Source: Takakia lepidozioides
Taxonomy: Eukaryota; Plantae; Bryophyta
Direction: 5' to 3'
DNA length: 64,000 nucleotides
Assembly (NCBI GenBank): GCA_030704615.1
Contig: CM060731.1
Span: 4,588,001 to 4,652,000, forward strand
Shown here: piece by piece, positions 12,977-24,938 of the stretch
Layout of the letters: each line of letters begins with the position of its first letter
How positions within the stretch are numbered: position 1 is the first letter of the stretch
Notes under the pieces: generated by a model
Database searches by the model: none
What the model saw: only the letters and a program-made list of their open reading frames with translations
What the model was told of the DNA's origin: nothing
Translations under genes and position numbers: made by a program

Positions 12977-15900
12977 TTAACATTCACGCTCCCTAAGCTT
13001 GCTTCTTTTCCTGTGCCTCTCCTTCTCTTCAGAACTGTACAAACCCTCCCTGCTAGAGTGTCCATGATCATGATGACCCTGACCCCTGTTCTTTGAAGAG
13101 ACTTTCTTGTCATCTTCCCGTCTGTGGTGCTTAGACTCACGCCTGTGGTGCTTTCTGTGTCTGTCTTCATCTCCAAGATCCAATACATGCGAATCTCTCA
13201 AATCCTCCCTGTGCCTTTTGTCCCTAGGTTCATCCGCAACAGGCCGCTCTCGTGTATCCGTAATTTCCTCCCTGTGCTTTCTGTCCAGAAATCTTTGGCT
13301 GATGCCATCCTCAACATAATGATCATGAGAGTGCCTTCTGACCCTATCTTGAACCCCAACATCACGGTCATGTGTATCTCTTGTTCCCTTCCCATGCCTT
13401 CTGTGCCTGTCTTCCAAATGGGGGTGAGTATCTCTCACTTCCTTGCGATGATGCGAGGCCTCTGAAATCCCTCCCTTTAATGCAGGAGGTTCAAACCCAT
13501 CTTTATATGAATCCCTGAAAGCTTCAGATCCTCTGAGTGATTCAGGCATTTGATCCGGGCCTCTTCCTGAAGAGATATGGTGTAACACAGAGGATCTATG
13601 CGAAGACTTCTCAACCCCATGCCTCTGTTCGTATTCACCAGTTCTTTCCAATTTCCCCTGTGGTGGTGGAGGGATCTGCACCATTCCAAGCCAGTCTCCC
13701 ACTTTGTCGATGGACACACTCTTCATTCCATGGTAAAAGTTTTGGCGTGTAAGGTCTAACAGTTTAACTCACAAAAGGTTCTTCAATCTATCGTGATCAG
13801 CTGGTGTCTAAATTTGTCCTGACGAGTGTGTCCGAACTGGGTGTTCCTAATCACTGTTGGTGTCATTCACGTACTACAAACGGTACAAGATAATATGGGG
13901 CTCGAATATCCAGTCTTTCATGCATCACATAGAGGTTTTACTCAAACTTGCTAAACCAACTGTCAGCATCTTGAGACACAAAATGTTTCACGGTTTGCAC
14001 CTTTGCACCTTTTAGGATTATAAACACACAGATAATTAGGTCAAACGCCCTAAACAGGAAGAGAGATGGAACACCTGAAACCGAGTCAAGTATTGACCCT
14101 CAGGAGGCAGAGGAATGCCCAGCTTCCTTAATTCATCATGAGGGATATGTCGCCTGCACCATTTCCCCAATATCACACCTACCTCAATAGATGTGCACTC
14201 TTCTCCCTCTGTCCTTTAATGTCTTACGCAATTCATGGAGAGAGATAATGTATAATTCAAACCTCAATTGCAATGCCTCAAAGCCCCCTGCAAATAGTCC
14301 TAAGATGTAACCCTGCCCACAGTAAGATTTCCATTCCTGCCTCAACAACTACTTCCAAACTCAGGTGTGCAAGTCCACAAACAGATCTGCATAGAATTAG
14401 AGAATCTTGCTGCAGTCACAAGTTTTTGAAATGGGTAAGATAGAGAAGGTCAGACCCTTACAAAGGTGCCCGGAATGGACGATCACGGCCTCCAAACCGA
14501 AGTTGACCTGATTCCTTCTTCCCCCCTAACCCTCCCCCTGCCCCAAAAGCACACCCGCCCGGAACTGGAAATTCGGCGCCGTATTCCAGTTCTAGGCCCT
14601 ATTGCCGTCCAGGGACTTAGCCATAACATGACATCATGCATAGATGATGAGAAACTGGATGACATTCCAACTTTCAAAGGCCTAAAATGAATCGCAGCAC
14701 ATTAGGTGCTCTTCCACATCTCAAATGAATCTTTTAGGATGATAGGCCTACCAAGTCTGCGGGGGATCCACCCATGCATCAGCTGCTGGCGATTGTAGTC
14801 CACCAATATCTGGCTGCCATCTATGACGCTGTGATGCGCCACCTGCATTCAACCCAAATGCATCGAACATCCAGCATTTATAGTGAGATCAACTGTGAAA
14901 GAAAGTGCAAGAAATGCTGCTGTTTGTCAGAAAACTACTTCCATGATTCGGAATAAGATGAACTATCTCAAATCTGTATAGGAGTGCATTGAAAGGGTCC
15001 ATAGAAGATTTAGTTATCCAAAGTGACAAGCACCCAACTTTTGAGCTGCAAGCCAGGACCAATCTCGGTGCAGCTGCCAACTGCCAGGCTAGACCTGTCT
15101 TCATCAGCATTTGACATTAATTAGCTGGCCCCCAATAGTCCTTGTGAGAGAGACAGCAAGGTCACAGAGTCCGAGAAGAGCTTTTATCCTCAAGCAAGAG
15201 TTTACCTCATAAGCATAGAGCATGTCCTTCTCTGTTTCATACTCAACAAATGCATAGCCTCGAGATGCCCCTGTCACTGTCACAAGCCACCAAAATTTCA
15301 CTCTATCTGAATGTGGCAGCACTGCTGAAAGGTAAAGGCATGTTCCTTATGGCGGGTGTTGTGCCACTTACTGGGTTTTGGAGAGGATAACCATGTTAAC
15401 AGAAGAACTAGGTAGGAAAGACAGAAGCCAACTGACCAATGTGGCGCACTAGCCGAAGATTCTTCACTCGACCATATTTGCTCATAGCCTGCACCCTAAG
15501 CACAACATGACTGGGTAACTCGTCTTCATAACTGGATGAGAACAAGTGCTGACACTCTGGAGTTGTATAAGAATCACCCTTTGACAAAGGTGGTGGCTAG
15601 GACCTCTTTAATATGACCACAAAGTGCTGATATGTGGCTCTGAAGATTAGATGCGAATTAGGATTGAAACTTGGGTCTGCAGCAGGTATGGAAGTGGTTA
15701 TAGCTGATGGAACGAGTTATGAGCCACTTGGGCTTGTTTCGGTTCCTGTTGATATGCATGGTAAAGAAGTGCTTCTCACCTGTATAGTAACCATGGGGAA
15801 TAAGTTTTTGTTAGGCCTGGACTGGATGAAGGGGGCTGCTGCCGGGCTACTGAGTGTGTATGGTTAATACCTTCTTTAGTGAATCCTCGGTAGTGTTGCT

Positions 15901-16533
15901 AGAAAGTCGGCCTACAAACACTGTGCAATACGGATCTCCCTCTACCTTAGGATCGCCTGTTGCATCATCTGCACATACAGTCGCTGCAGGTTTCAAAACA
16001 GACCACCAGATCGGCTCCTAAAACATTTCATTTGAATAGTAGAAAGAAAGAAAACGTGAGAAATGTAACAAGGCCTCGGAGGCCTAAATTGAACACAATC
16101 GAGAATTTTTACATCTCCCTTGGAACGATTTGCTCTATCTCTGAGCTTGAACTACGTTCCGACCCCTAGACCCTCTGCGTCGAAGAACGTTCTGACAAAG
16201 AGAACGCCATCAAAGATGCGGTGTTCAGAGTGAGAGTAAATCGAACCAAGCAGCAATAGCCAAATCTAGGGGGGCATGACTGCAACCAATGAAACATGTG
16301 ACCGCAAGTGTGAGCATCTAATCCCTGCAGAAAATACACCATATAAACGTCCCGCAGATCCATAAAAGGAAAGACAAGGACATACAGAGGCCAGCAGAGG
16401 AGGCCAAGAGGGCCCGATAGACAGCGTTGTCATGTGGAGTGACATCAGTGCCGTCGATGCTCCCAGCTTGTATGGGATGGTACGTGGTTGCATAGAATAC
16501 TCCATTCATACTCCCTCCCACTCTCCCTGCCAT
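12977..16533 (-). CDS. SNRNP35: U11/U12 snRNP 35 kDa protein, 8 exons: 16533-16386, 15968-15871, 15488-15437, 15276-15206, 14842-14752, 14537-14462, 14153-14075, 13675-12977
   Basis: Spliced translation [19 protein letters not shown]...[12 protein letters not shown]...[11 protein letters not shown]...[31 protein letters not shown] plus R/H/D/E-rich tail; all introns GT-AG with consistent phase. Confidence 0.95.
15650..15845 (+). pseudogene. Gypsy aspartic-protease fragment inside SNRNP35 intron 2 (antisense to the gene)
   Basis: [22 protein letters not shown]...LLGLDWM aligns with GIEVTIANGTSYEPIGLVSVPV...LLGLDWM at about 19980-20150. Confidence 0.8.
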
Positions 16534-16968
16534 CTCTCCTATCTCAACTCCAGATCACTACAAGGCATCTCACACCAAAACTTCCAAAGTCTTTTGTGCC
16601 ACGGTTTAGACTCCTCCTCCGACTACCGACAGAATACTTTCGCATCGTCGATGCCGTTCTTTCTGTTGATATGCCCGAGTTTGATCGACATAATCGCTAA
16701 ACACTTGGATGTTCAATTGTACTCGACAGAATTTGTTGTTCATGTTAGCAACCAAGCTTTGGGCTCTGCCAAAACATTGAAGAACTATGGAGGAGCAAGG
16801 TGAGCAAGCTCATTTCAAAACTCGACTCACCGTTAGGAAATCCTAGGCCATTTTCGAAGGACTAGAGTTCAAAAAGCTGCGATCAGTACAATGAAGAGTC
16901 GCAACAAATACTCAGATAGACAGCAGGCCAGCAACCCAAGAGATCACCGGCAAGATTTTCCCAAAGGG

Positions 16969-17451
16969 TGTGGAGCTCCAGATTCCATGGCGGTGCATAT
17001 GCTCTCCTGTCATACCCTTGGATGAAAAGCATGGGGTTGTTGGACATTAATGATAACAGGGACTATCTTTGGTTATGTGATTGTCCTACGTTAACAGTCA
17101 CGAGATAAGCCAACCTGGAAACTGAGCTGGCGGATGTGAGGTCTTGTAATCTGCATGTCCAATAAGAGTGCTGCATCTGGATCTCCAGATTAGCCTCTCC
17201 CGATTATTTAAATGAAGAGATCATCAGGCTTAGGCAGGATGTTTTTGGTGTACAAACTGGTGGAGTGGATGTGTGAAGGACGTTGGATGAAACTGTGTTG
17301 ATGCTTTGCTGCGTGCAACGATTGGCTTAGATTGTATGTGTGCTCTGCAATAGATCCTTCCCTGTTAGCTTGGCAAAGTTCTATAGTTTACAATCCCCTG
17401 TGCATGACTTAACCCGCAGAGGACGAGAGCATATCCTTGCGTCGGGGTTCT
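16969..17451 (+). repeat. LTR segment A (5' copy, 483 bp)
   Basis: Highly similar to 24347-24829; ends GGGGTTCT rather than CA. Confidence 0.95.
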
Positions 17452-17452
17452 T

Positions 17453-17475
17453 TGGTGGAGATGGGGGGCATTGAA
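17453..17475 (+). promoter_or_regulatory. Primer-binding site, probably tRNA-Ala
   Basis: TGGTGGAGATGGGGGGCATTGAA is complementary to a tRNA 3' end of the ...CATCTCCACCA (Ala) type. Confidence 0.75.
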
Positions 17476-17679
17476 ATCTAACGGCTTGGGTGTCCTGTTA
17501 ATGATTGCCTAGGTTCTATGTGGCTATGGTGGAAAGACGGCTGTACGGGAAATCTAGAAAGATGGCTACGCGATCCACTATGTTCAATCATTTGTCCCTC
17601 CTGGTGTATGTTGTTTCTGCTGATTTTGTGTGTCTTGTGTCTTCCTGCTTTGTGAGTGAACACTGTACAAACGGCGACC

Positions 17680-18570
17680 ATGGCTTCCAGTTCAAATGAT
17701 GCTGCTTCGTTTGTGATTTACGACGATTCGTTTGAAGCTGTCTTCCTGAGTGTTGTGCATGATACTGCGTCCTCTGAAGTGCTAAGGCCTTACGAGGGAG
17801 AACCGCCAGTGAGGGGAGACGCTGAGATTCCACTTGACGTGCCCTCGGCTTACTGGATAGAGAAGTTTGAGCAGACGACCGTTGATGAAGCGCGCAAGAC
17901 TGTGAGTTCTGAAGGAGAAAAACGCGAGCAGCGTCGCAATATTGCTGAAGCCAAGCAGGGTGCGTTTGCTGGCAGACTGCTGCAGAAGCTGCATGCAAAG
18001 GAAATCGCCAAATGCTTACCTCGGGAGGTCATCCGTGAGCGACTTGGACAAGACGAGCTGCTCACTTGGCCACAGATTGGAGTGCCCAAGTTTGTTGTCA
18101 CGCGACATCGCACCAACAACCTTGAGAGCTTTCTGCACCCAAAGGTTCCTAGTGGCTATCGCTTTTGGGAGCTTGTCTGAGGTGGGAGTGCAGCGGCGCT
18201 GACAAAGATACGCCCTGCCTGGACTGCCGATCAGCCTGCTGATGATTTTTCGTGGATTACTGGCGTCCCACAACACTTATTTCACCTCTCTGCGCGGGAT
18301 GTTGTAATTTTTCCTGGCAAAACCTTTGATCAAGAAAAGGTTGGGCTCTGTCGAGTCCAGACTCCTATTGACAAGTATCCGTTGCACTCCCTGGTAGTTA
18401 AGGAGAGGGTAGTGCGCACGGTGACTCGTGTTGCATTTTGGCTGAAGGTGGCTCAGTCACTCTGGCATCTGCAGGGCGAAGCTGTGTATCTCAGTTACAA
18501 TCATCGTTTCATCTCTTCCTACACCGTCACGGATTGGGAGAAGTGCATGCTGCATCCCAGTGACAGGTGA
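17680..18570 (+). pseudogene. Extra ORF upstream of gag (about 296 codons, one internal TGA at 18178)
   Basis: ORF17656 continues in frame past the single TGA into ORF18382. Confidence 0.6.
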
Positions 18571-18611
18571 TTTTCTCTGTGCCTTGATCTTCATTTACGT
18601 TATCTTAGTGG

Positions 18612-19745
18612 ATGCTGACCAGGCGACGTGCTAAACTGTTGGAGTCTGAGAGTGCTAAGATGAGTGAATGGAAGGAAGGGATAGAAGAGATATTTGGTGA
18701 TGACTCAGTTCCTGGCCCTGAGACACAACCTGCTGCGACATCAAGAGGCATCAATCATCCGGATGGGTTGGACTTACAAGATCTTTGTGATGCCATGAAA
18801 ACTACCTCTGATTGTCCTGCTCTGTTGGAACTTTTGTTGAACAAACAAACTAATTCTACACAAACAGTTGCCAAACCTCATGAATTCAAACCTGTCAAGC
18901 AGCCATACCCAGAGTTTAAGCTGGGTGACCATTTTGATAATTTCTTGAGGTTCTTTGAATTAAGCATGAAGATGAATGTTGTGCCAGCGGAATTTATTTC
19001 CAGCACGTTCAGATTTTGTTTGAAATGAGAGGCTCAGATTCTGTTTGAAGCTAGTATCCAGGATATGGGAGAGATCTCTTGGAAGGTGGCCAAAGAATTG
19101 GCTCATCAGCTGTTTCAGGAGATTAAACCTACCCACTATGCCATTCCTGAAAGAAAGTTTTGCATAGGAGAGAGTGTGTGGAAGTACTATGCAGAAATCA
19201 GGACTTCAGTATGCAAGGCAGTACCAGTGGTGGCTTAGAGACCATTGGCCACCAAGATTTCTTTCATCAAAGGGTTACCACCAGCTGAACAAGTGTTCTT
19301 GGAGAAAAGCTCATACAAAACGGACAAGGAGATGGTTCAGCTCATTGAGGAAAGAGCTCGCATCAAGGCAGCAAAGAGGGGCTTAGCTCCTGCCAAAAGG
19401 TCTCAGGTCATGTTGCATGATGTTGATACGTGTGCTGGTACTGATTGGGATGAGGGCTGCCTAGAATTGTTGCCTGCTGTTGTGAGAAATGTGCAGGATA
19501 CTGTAAGGACGGAGCTGCAGGCTTTCAAAGCTGAAAGTCATTGGCGGACTTCTGATGATGGTGAAAGGAAGGCAGGTCATAGAGGTCGAACCAATACTGG
19601 TTCAGGTTATCAAGAAAGAGCAGCCTGCTTGATTTGTAAGAGCACTGGGCACTGGACCAGGTTTTGCCCCATGCAGCCAGACTTATCTGCCATCTATGAG
19701 CAATGGAAACGAGATCAAAGGGGTAAGGGTGCTTTAAACGAGTAA
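18612..19745 (+). pseudogene. gag: gag with zinc knuckle
   Basis: CLICKSTGHWTRFC knuckle; one stop and one frameshift. Confidence 0.85.
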
Positions 19746-19795
19746 GGTCATCTGCTACGGAAGGGCCAGGTGATCACAGGTGTAGACCTTCTAAA
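19733..19795 (+). promoter_or_regulatory. -1 ribosomal frameshift signal (T TTA AAC plus downstream stem or pseudoknot)
   Basis: Heptamer is in gag phase; the -1 frame is open into the pol ORF19808; GGTCATCTG can pair with CAGGTGATC. Confidence 0.7.
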
Positions 19796-22700
19796 CCCTC
19801 AGCTACTTTGCTCGTGTCCACCAATTTCAAATTGCTCTATACTGAGGTGTTGAAAACCAAGAATAGAGAGTGTATTCACCCCTTGATTGCACAGTGTCAT
19901 ATTGGTCACTTATCTTTTCAATGTGTCATAGACACGGGCTGTACAATATCTGCCATTCCTTTGCATGTGGTTCAAGTTCTGGGTTTGAAAATGTCTCCAG
20001 CCAAGGGTATTGAGGTCACCATAGCTAATGGTACTAGCTATGAACCCATTGGTTTAGTTAGTGTGCCAGTAAGGATTAGTCGCAAGGTTGTCACTATCGC
20101 AAGGATTGTAACCATGGGCGAACAACTACTTTTGGGGTTAGATTGGATGTCTGAAGCCATGGCTTCCATTGATCTGTGTACTAATGTCATGACCTTGAAG
20201 GATGGTGAAGGTGGCAGCTGCAAAGTCAATTTGAATCAGATCCCTATCCTGACAGGCAGTGGGACCAGACATCTTGCTTGCATGAAGGCTGTCTCACGTG
20301 AAGTTAGGCAACGGGCTGGAGATACATACAACTGGACTCGCTTCTTTGGTTTTCAGAGCACCCCAACGATGCTTTTACACCAGTGGCACATACCTGCTGT
20401 TGGCTGCAAGACTGGCACACCCATGCCTGTCGAGGGTGACACCCTTCTTCTTAGAGCCCCTGCTAATGTTCAATTACCTGCTATGTCTCAAGTCATTGTG
20501 TCTACAGGCCTTGCCTTCATCTGCCCACAAGGCAAATATCTTGAGATTGAGGGTTGGAAATGCCTGTCATTACAAAAACATTGCTTGGTTGCATCAGGGC
20601 TTTTGGATAGGGGTTTTAGGGGTCATGTTTGCATTCTGATTGCCAATCCAGAGCGTATGCCTGTCACCATCAAGAAGGGTCAAGTGCTGGCCAGGCTCAC
20701 TGCTGTGCCCATCAGTGACATATCCTCGGTGGAGCCAGCTTTACATCTACGAGATATTGGTCTGGAAGATGATCCTCTGGATGGTCTGATTGCTATGACC
20801 AGTTTAGCTGCAGCCCCAACAAGTCACAGCCTCACTACTGAGCAAGAAGCTCATTTTCAACAGGTACTGGCTGAGATTAAGGTGGGTGAACTGACTGATT
20901 CTCAGCAAGCTCAATTACATTTGCTGCTCAAAAGGAATTTGGACATATTTAGCAAAGGTTCACATGACCTGGGCTGCACAAAGATACTTAAGCATGAAAT
21001 TATTACTGAAGGAAAACCAGTCAAACAATATGCTTACAAAGAATATGTCCGTGAAAGAGCAGTCATTCAAGAAGAAATTAGGAAGATGTTGGATTCAGGA
21101 GTGATAAAACCTTTTGTTTCCCCCTGGGCTGGTCCCATTGTGCTTGTGGGGAAGAAAGATGGCACCACACGCTTCTGTGTGGACTTTCGAAGGTTGAATG
21201 CAATGACTGCCACGTATCAACGAGACCCTAGACCAACTTAATGGGGCAACTATTTTTTCTTCCCTTGATTTAGCCTCTGGGTTCTGGCAAGTTCCACTAA
21301 CGGAGGACTCCAAAGAAAAGACTGCATTTACCTGCAGGTATGGTCTGTTTCAGTACGAAACCATGCCGTTTGGGCTTTGTAATGCCACTGCTACCTTCCA
21401 AAGGCTCATGGACGTGGTCCTTGGTAATTTAAGATGGGAATGTGCTCTTGTATATGTAGATGATATCAATATTTATTCCAGCAGCTTTGCATCTCACCTT
21501 TTGGACATGCAAAGAGTCATGAGCAGGTTACGAAGTGCTGGACTTAAAATTAAGGCAAAGAAATCTGATTTTTGTATGTTGGAGTTGCGCTTTTTGGGAC
21601 ACGTTCTTTGTGGGGATGGCATCAAACCTGACTTAACCAAAGTCCAGGCAGTTTGGGATTTTCCTATCCCGCAGGACAAACATTGTGTAAGAGCATTCTT
21701 AGGCCTTGCATCTTATTATAGAAGGTTCATCCTTCATTTTGCTAAGCTAGCTGGTCCCTTGTTTTACTTGCTTTACAAAGATGTTAAATTTCAGTGGGGT
21801 AAGGCAGAAGCGTTGGCCTTTGAGAGACTCAAGATAGCCTTGACTTCTGCTCATATATTCCTCATATTTCCTGATTTCTCCATTCCCTTTCTGTTGCAGA
21901 CTGATGCTAGTGACCTAGCTGTTTCAGCCATCCTAAGCCAGAAGAAGGATGGTCGTGAGCATGTTGTTGCTTATGCATCTAAACGGCTCGATAAGCATGA
22001 GAGAAATTATAGCATTACCGATAAGGAAGGCCTAGCAATTATATTTGGTGTCAAACACTTCCGTCAGTATTTACATGGTTGTTATTTTACTGTTGAGACT
22101 GACCACCTGCCTCTCAAAGCCTTGAAAACTCCACGAGAATTATCAGGTAGATTGGCTTGCTGGTCTCTTCTTCTACAAGGGTTTGAATATGACATTGTAT
22201 ATAAGAAGGGCAAAGAAAATGGTAACGTTGATGCATTGACAAGAGGGGAAACAAAGGTTCTCACCCCTTACTCTTCTCTTGATGATTTAATTGCTTTACC
22301 TGCATCTGTTCCTACTTCTACCATCACTGCAGATCAGCTTTTGTTTTGTAGCTTGCTTGATGAGATGCCTAGGTCCATGAACTTGTTGGATGATTGGGAT
22401 CTCATGACATTTGACCCTGGTTGATCATCTTGTGGGTGGAAGGGTGTGCAGCAGATCGCATCTGCAGATTTCAGAGTGGTTGTATCTTCTTAGCTTAGGC
22501 ATATCCTGTCTTTTCCATAGCTGCCATAGTGATCTATTCCCCTTAGGACCTGTGCTTCAGCCCTGCCTGTTACCTCCATGACCATGTTCAGATGTGGTAT
22601 GAGACTCTTATGTTATAGGAGAACACAGAGGCGGACACTCCTATCTCCTCATATTAACCCACTGCTTGCTGGTCTTGCTAAGTGTACAGGTATGGAGGAT

Positions 22701-23970
22701 CAGTTGCATTTGGCTCTACTCCATAAGTGCATGACCGGCACTCAACTTCCAGGCATATCCAAGGCTACTCAAAGACATGTTAACTATCATTTTCCTCATT
22801 GTGAGGCACGTGAAGGTAAACTATCATGAGGATTGCCTTGGAAGGTCAGACCCATGCTATGGAGGTTCCTAATAGGGATTCAGTTTCAGAGTTGCTTGAG
22901 TTGCATCATTCTTCTGCTTTTGCTGGTCACTTGGGCATCACTAAGACCTTGAAGAGGCTCCAAGAGAGGTATCATTGGAAAGGGATGGTTCAAGATATTA
23001 CACACTTTATCTCTTGTTGTGTGGAGTGCCATTCTCAGACACTACTTCCTAGGGCCCGCTTCACTTGCTTTGCAACCCATTCCGGTGTTTGAACCATTCG
23101 CCAGAGTGGGCCTAGATCTTGTTGGGCCACTCCAGCCTACGATTAAAGGACATTGTTGCATTGTTGTGGCAACTGATTACCTATCTAAGTGGGTGGAGGT
23201 TCAACCCATGGCTGCTAAGGATGCAGACACTGTGGCACAATTCTTTTTCAACGAGGTCATTTTGCGCCATGGCTGTCCGATCAAGGCTCTGAATTTTGTA
23301 ATCAGTTCATGCAGATTGTGTGTTTTAATTTGGGTGTTAAGCATCGTACGACTGCACCCTATCATCCTCAATGCAATGGCTTGACTGAAAGGTTCAATCA
23401 TACCATGTGTGCTATGCTTGAGAAGACAGGGTCACTCTTGGGTGATTGGGATACTACTCTACCCACTCTAATTTTTGTTTATCGGCCTCTGTACACTCTA
23501 TCACCAGGTATTCTCCATTTGAGTTACTCTATGGTAGAAAGGCTCGCACTCCCCTGTATAATACTCCGTTGCTCACTCCCATTGCAGAGCCCACTGATTG
23601 GCAGCAATTTGTGGATGCTATGCTTTCCAAACGGCTTGTTTTTGAGACTAAGGCCAGGACTAACATTTCTCGGGCTCAGGCTGTGCAGGCTCGTAACTAC
23701 AACAGGAAAGTTCACTACTCAAAGGAATTTTTGGTGGGCCAAACTGTGTGTGTCCGTTTGCAATCTGGGAAAATTATCTCCAAAGCTTCGAAACGCATTG
23801 AGGGTCCTTATCTCATCACTGAAAAACTTCGTGGGAGGAAGTTCCTGTTGCTTCCCCAACATCATTCCACGACACCCATAACTCACCATGTGCATGTGGA
23901 CTCCCTGGTGCACAGCAGATTGGTCTTCGATCTCACCTGCATCAATGTAGAAGGCAGGACGACTGGCTGA
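19739..23970 (+). pseudogene. pol: pol: PR - dUTPase-like - RT - RNase H - integrase
   Basis: IDTG; STGL...GLLDRGFRG...GQVLARL; YVDD; LQTDAS; HHCC; GLDLVGP; YHPQCNGLTER. Confidence 0.9.
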
Positions 23971-24335
23971 TTTTTGTGTGTGATTGAGTGCAGGGATTAA
24001 AGGCTGGAGTGTTGCAGCCTTGTGTGTTTTCTGGAGGTTCAAGCTATGGCCTCTCTTATGTGTTTTCTGATGGTTCAACCGTGGCCATCTCTGGTGTTGT
24101 GTGGTGTGCAAATAATGGTCTGCTACAGACCTGCGACATGTGGTGTTAGAGGAGGCGGACGAACTTAGCACAGGCTTTAGCTTCGTGTTAGTGATTTGCA
24201 TCACTATTGTAACGTGATAGGGGTTTTTCATCCCTCTCGTGCCGGATGCTAGTATTAGGTATGGTGTGATTTACTTAGCTTCGGAAGTTTGATATTTTAG
24301 TTAGCTCGCAGGAGCTCGCTTTCCTAGCGGGGGCA

Positions 24336-24838
24336 AGCTTTACATATGTGGAGCTTTAGATTCCATGGCGGTGCATATGCTCTCCTGTCAGTCCCTTGGA
24401 TGAAAAGCATGGGGTTGTTGGACATTAATGATAACAGGGACTATCTTTGGTTATGTGATTGTCCTACGTTAACAGTCACGAGATAAGCCAACCTGGAAAC
24501 TGAGTTGGCGGATGTGAGGTCTTGTAATCTGCATGTCCAATAAGAGTGCTGCATCTGGATCTCCAGATTAGCCTCTCCTGATTATTTAAATGAAGAGATC
24601 ATCAGGCTTAGGCAGGATGTTTTTGGTGTACAAACTGGTGCAGTGGATGTGTGAAGGACGCTAGATGAAACTGTGTTGATGCTTTGCCGCATGCAAAGAT
24701 TGGCTTAGATTGTATGTGTGCTCTGCAATAGATCCTTCCCTGTCAGCTTGGCAAAGTTCTATAGCTTACAATCCCCTGTGCATGACTTAACCCACAGAGG
24801 ATGAGAGCATATCCTTGCGTCGGGGTTCTAGCTTTACA
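24336..24838 (+). repeat. 3' repeat block: B(24336-24344) - TA - A'(24347-24829) - B'(24830-24838)
   Basis: AGCTTTACA lies on both sides of A'; PPT-like AGCGGGGGCA immediately precedes B. Confidence 0.9.
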
Positions 24839-24870
24839 AGGGAATCAAGGTTACTTCAAGTGGGGGGATC

Positions 24871-24938
24871 CGCACTCATTGACATTCGCATGGCTAGATT
24901 TAGGCGCACTCATTGACATTCGCATGGCTAGATTTAGG
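24871..24938. repeat. Exact 34-bp tandem duplication
   Basis: CGCACTCATTGACATTCGCATGGCTAGATTTAGG x2. Confidence 0.9.

Larger units (their letters stand above)
16969..24838 (+). mobile_element. Non-chromoviral Ty3/Gypsy element with 5' extra ORF, dUTPase-like domain and split (A...B-A-B) LTRs
   Basis: TG...CA ends; AGGG duplicated at 16965-16968 and 24839-24842; gag-PR-dUTPase-RT-RH-IN order; tRNA-type PBS and a PPT. Confidence 0.92.
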
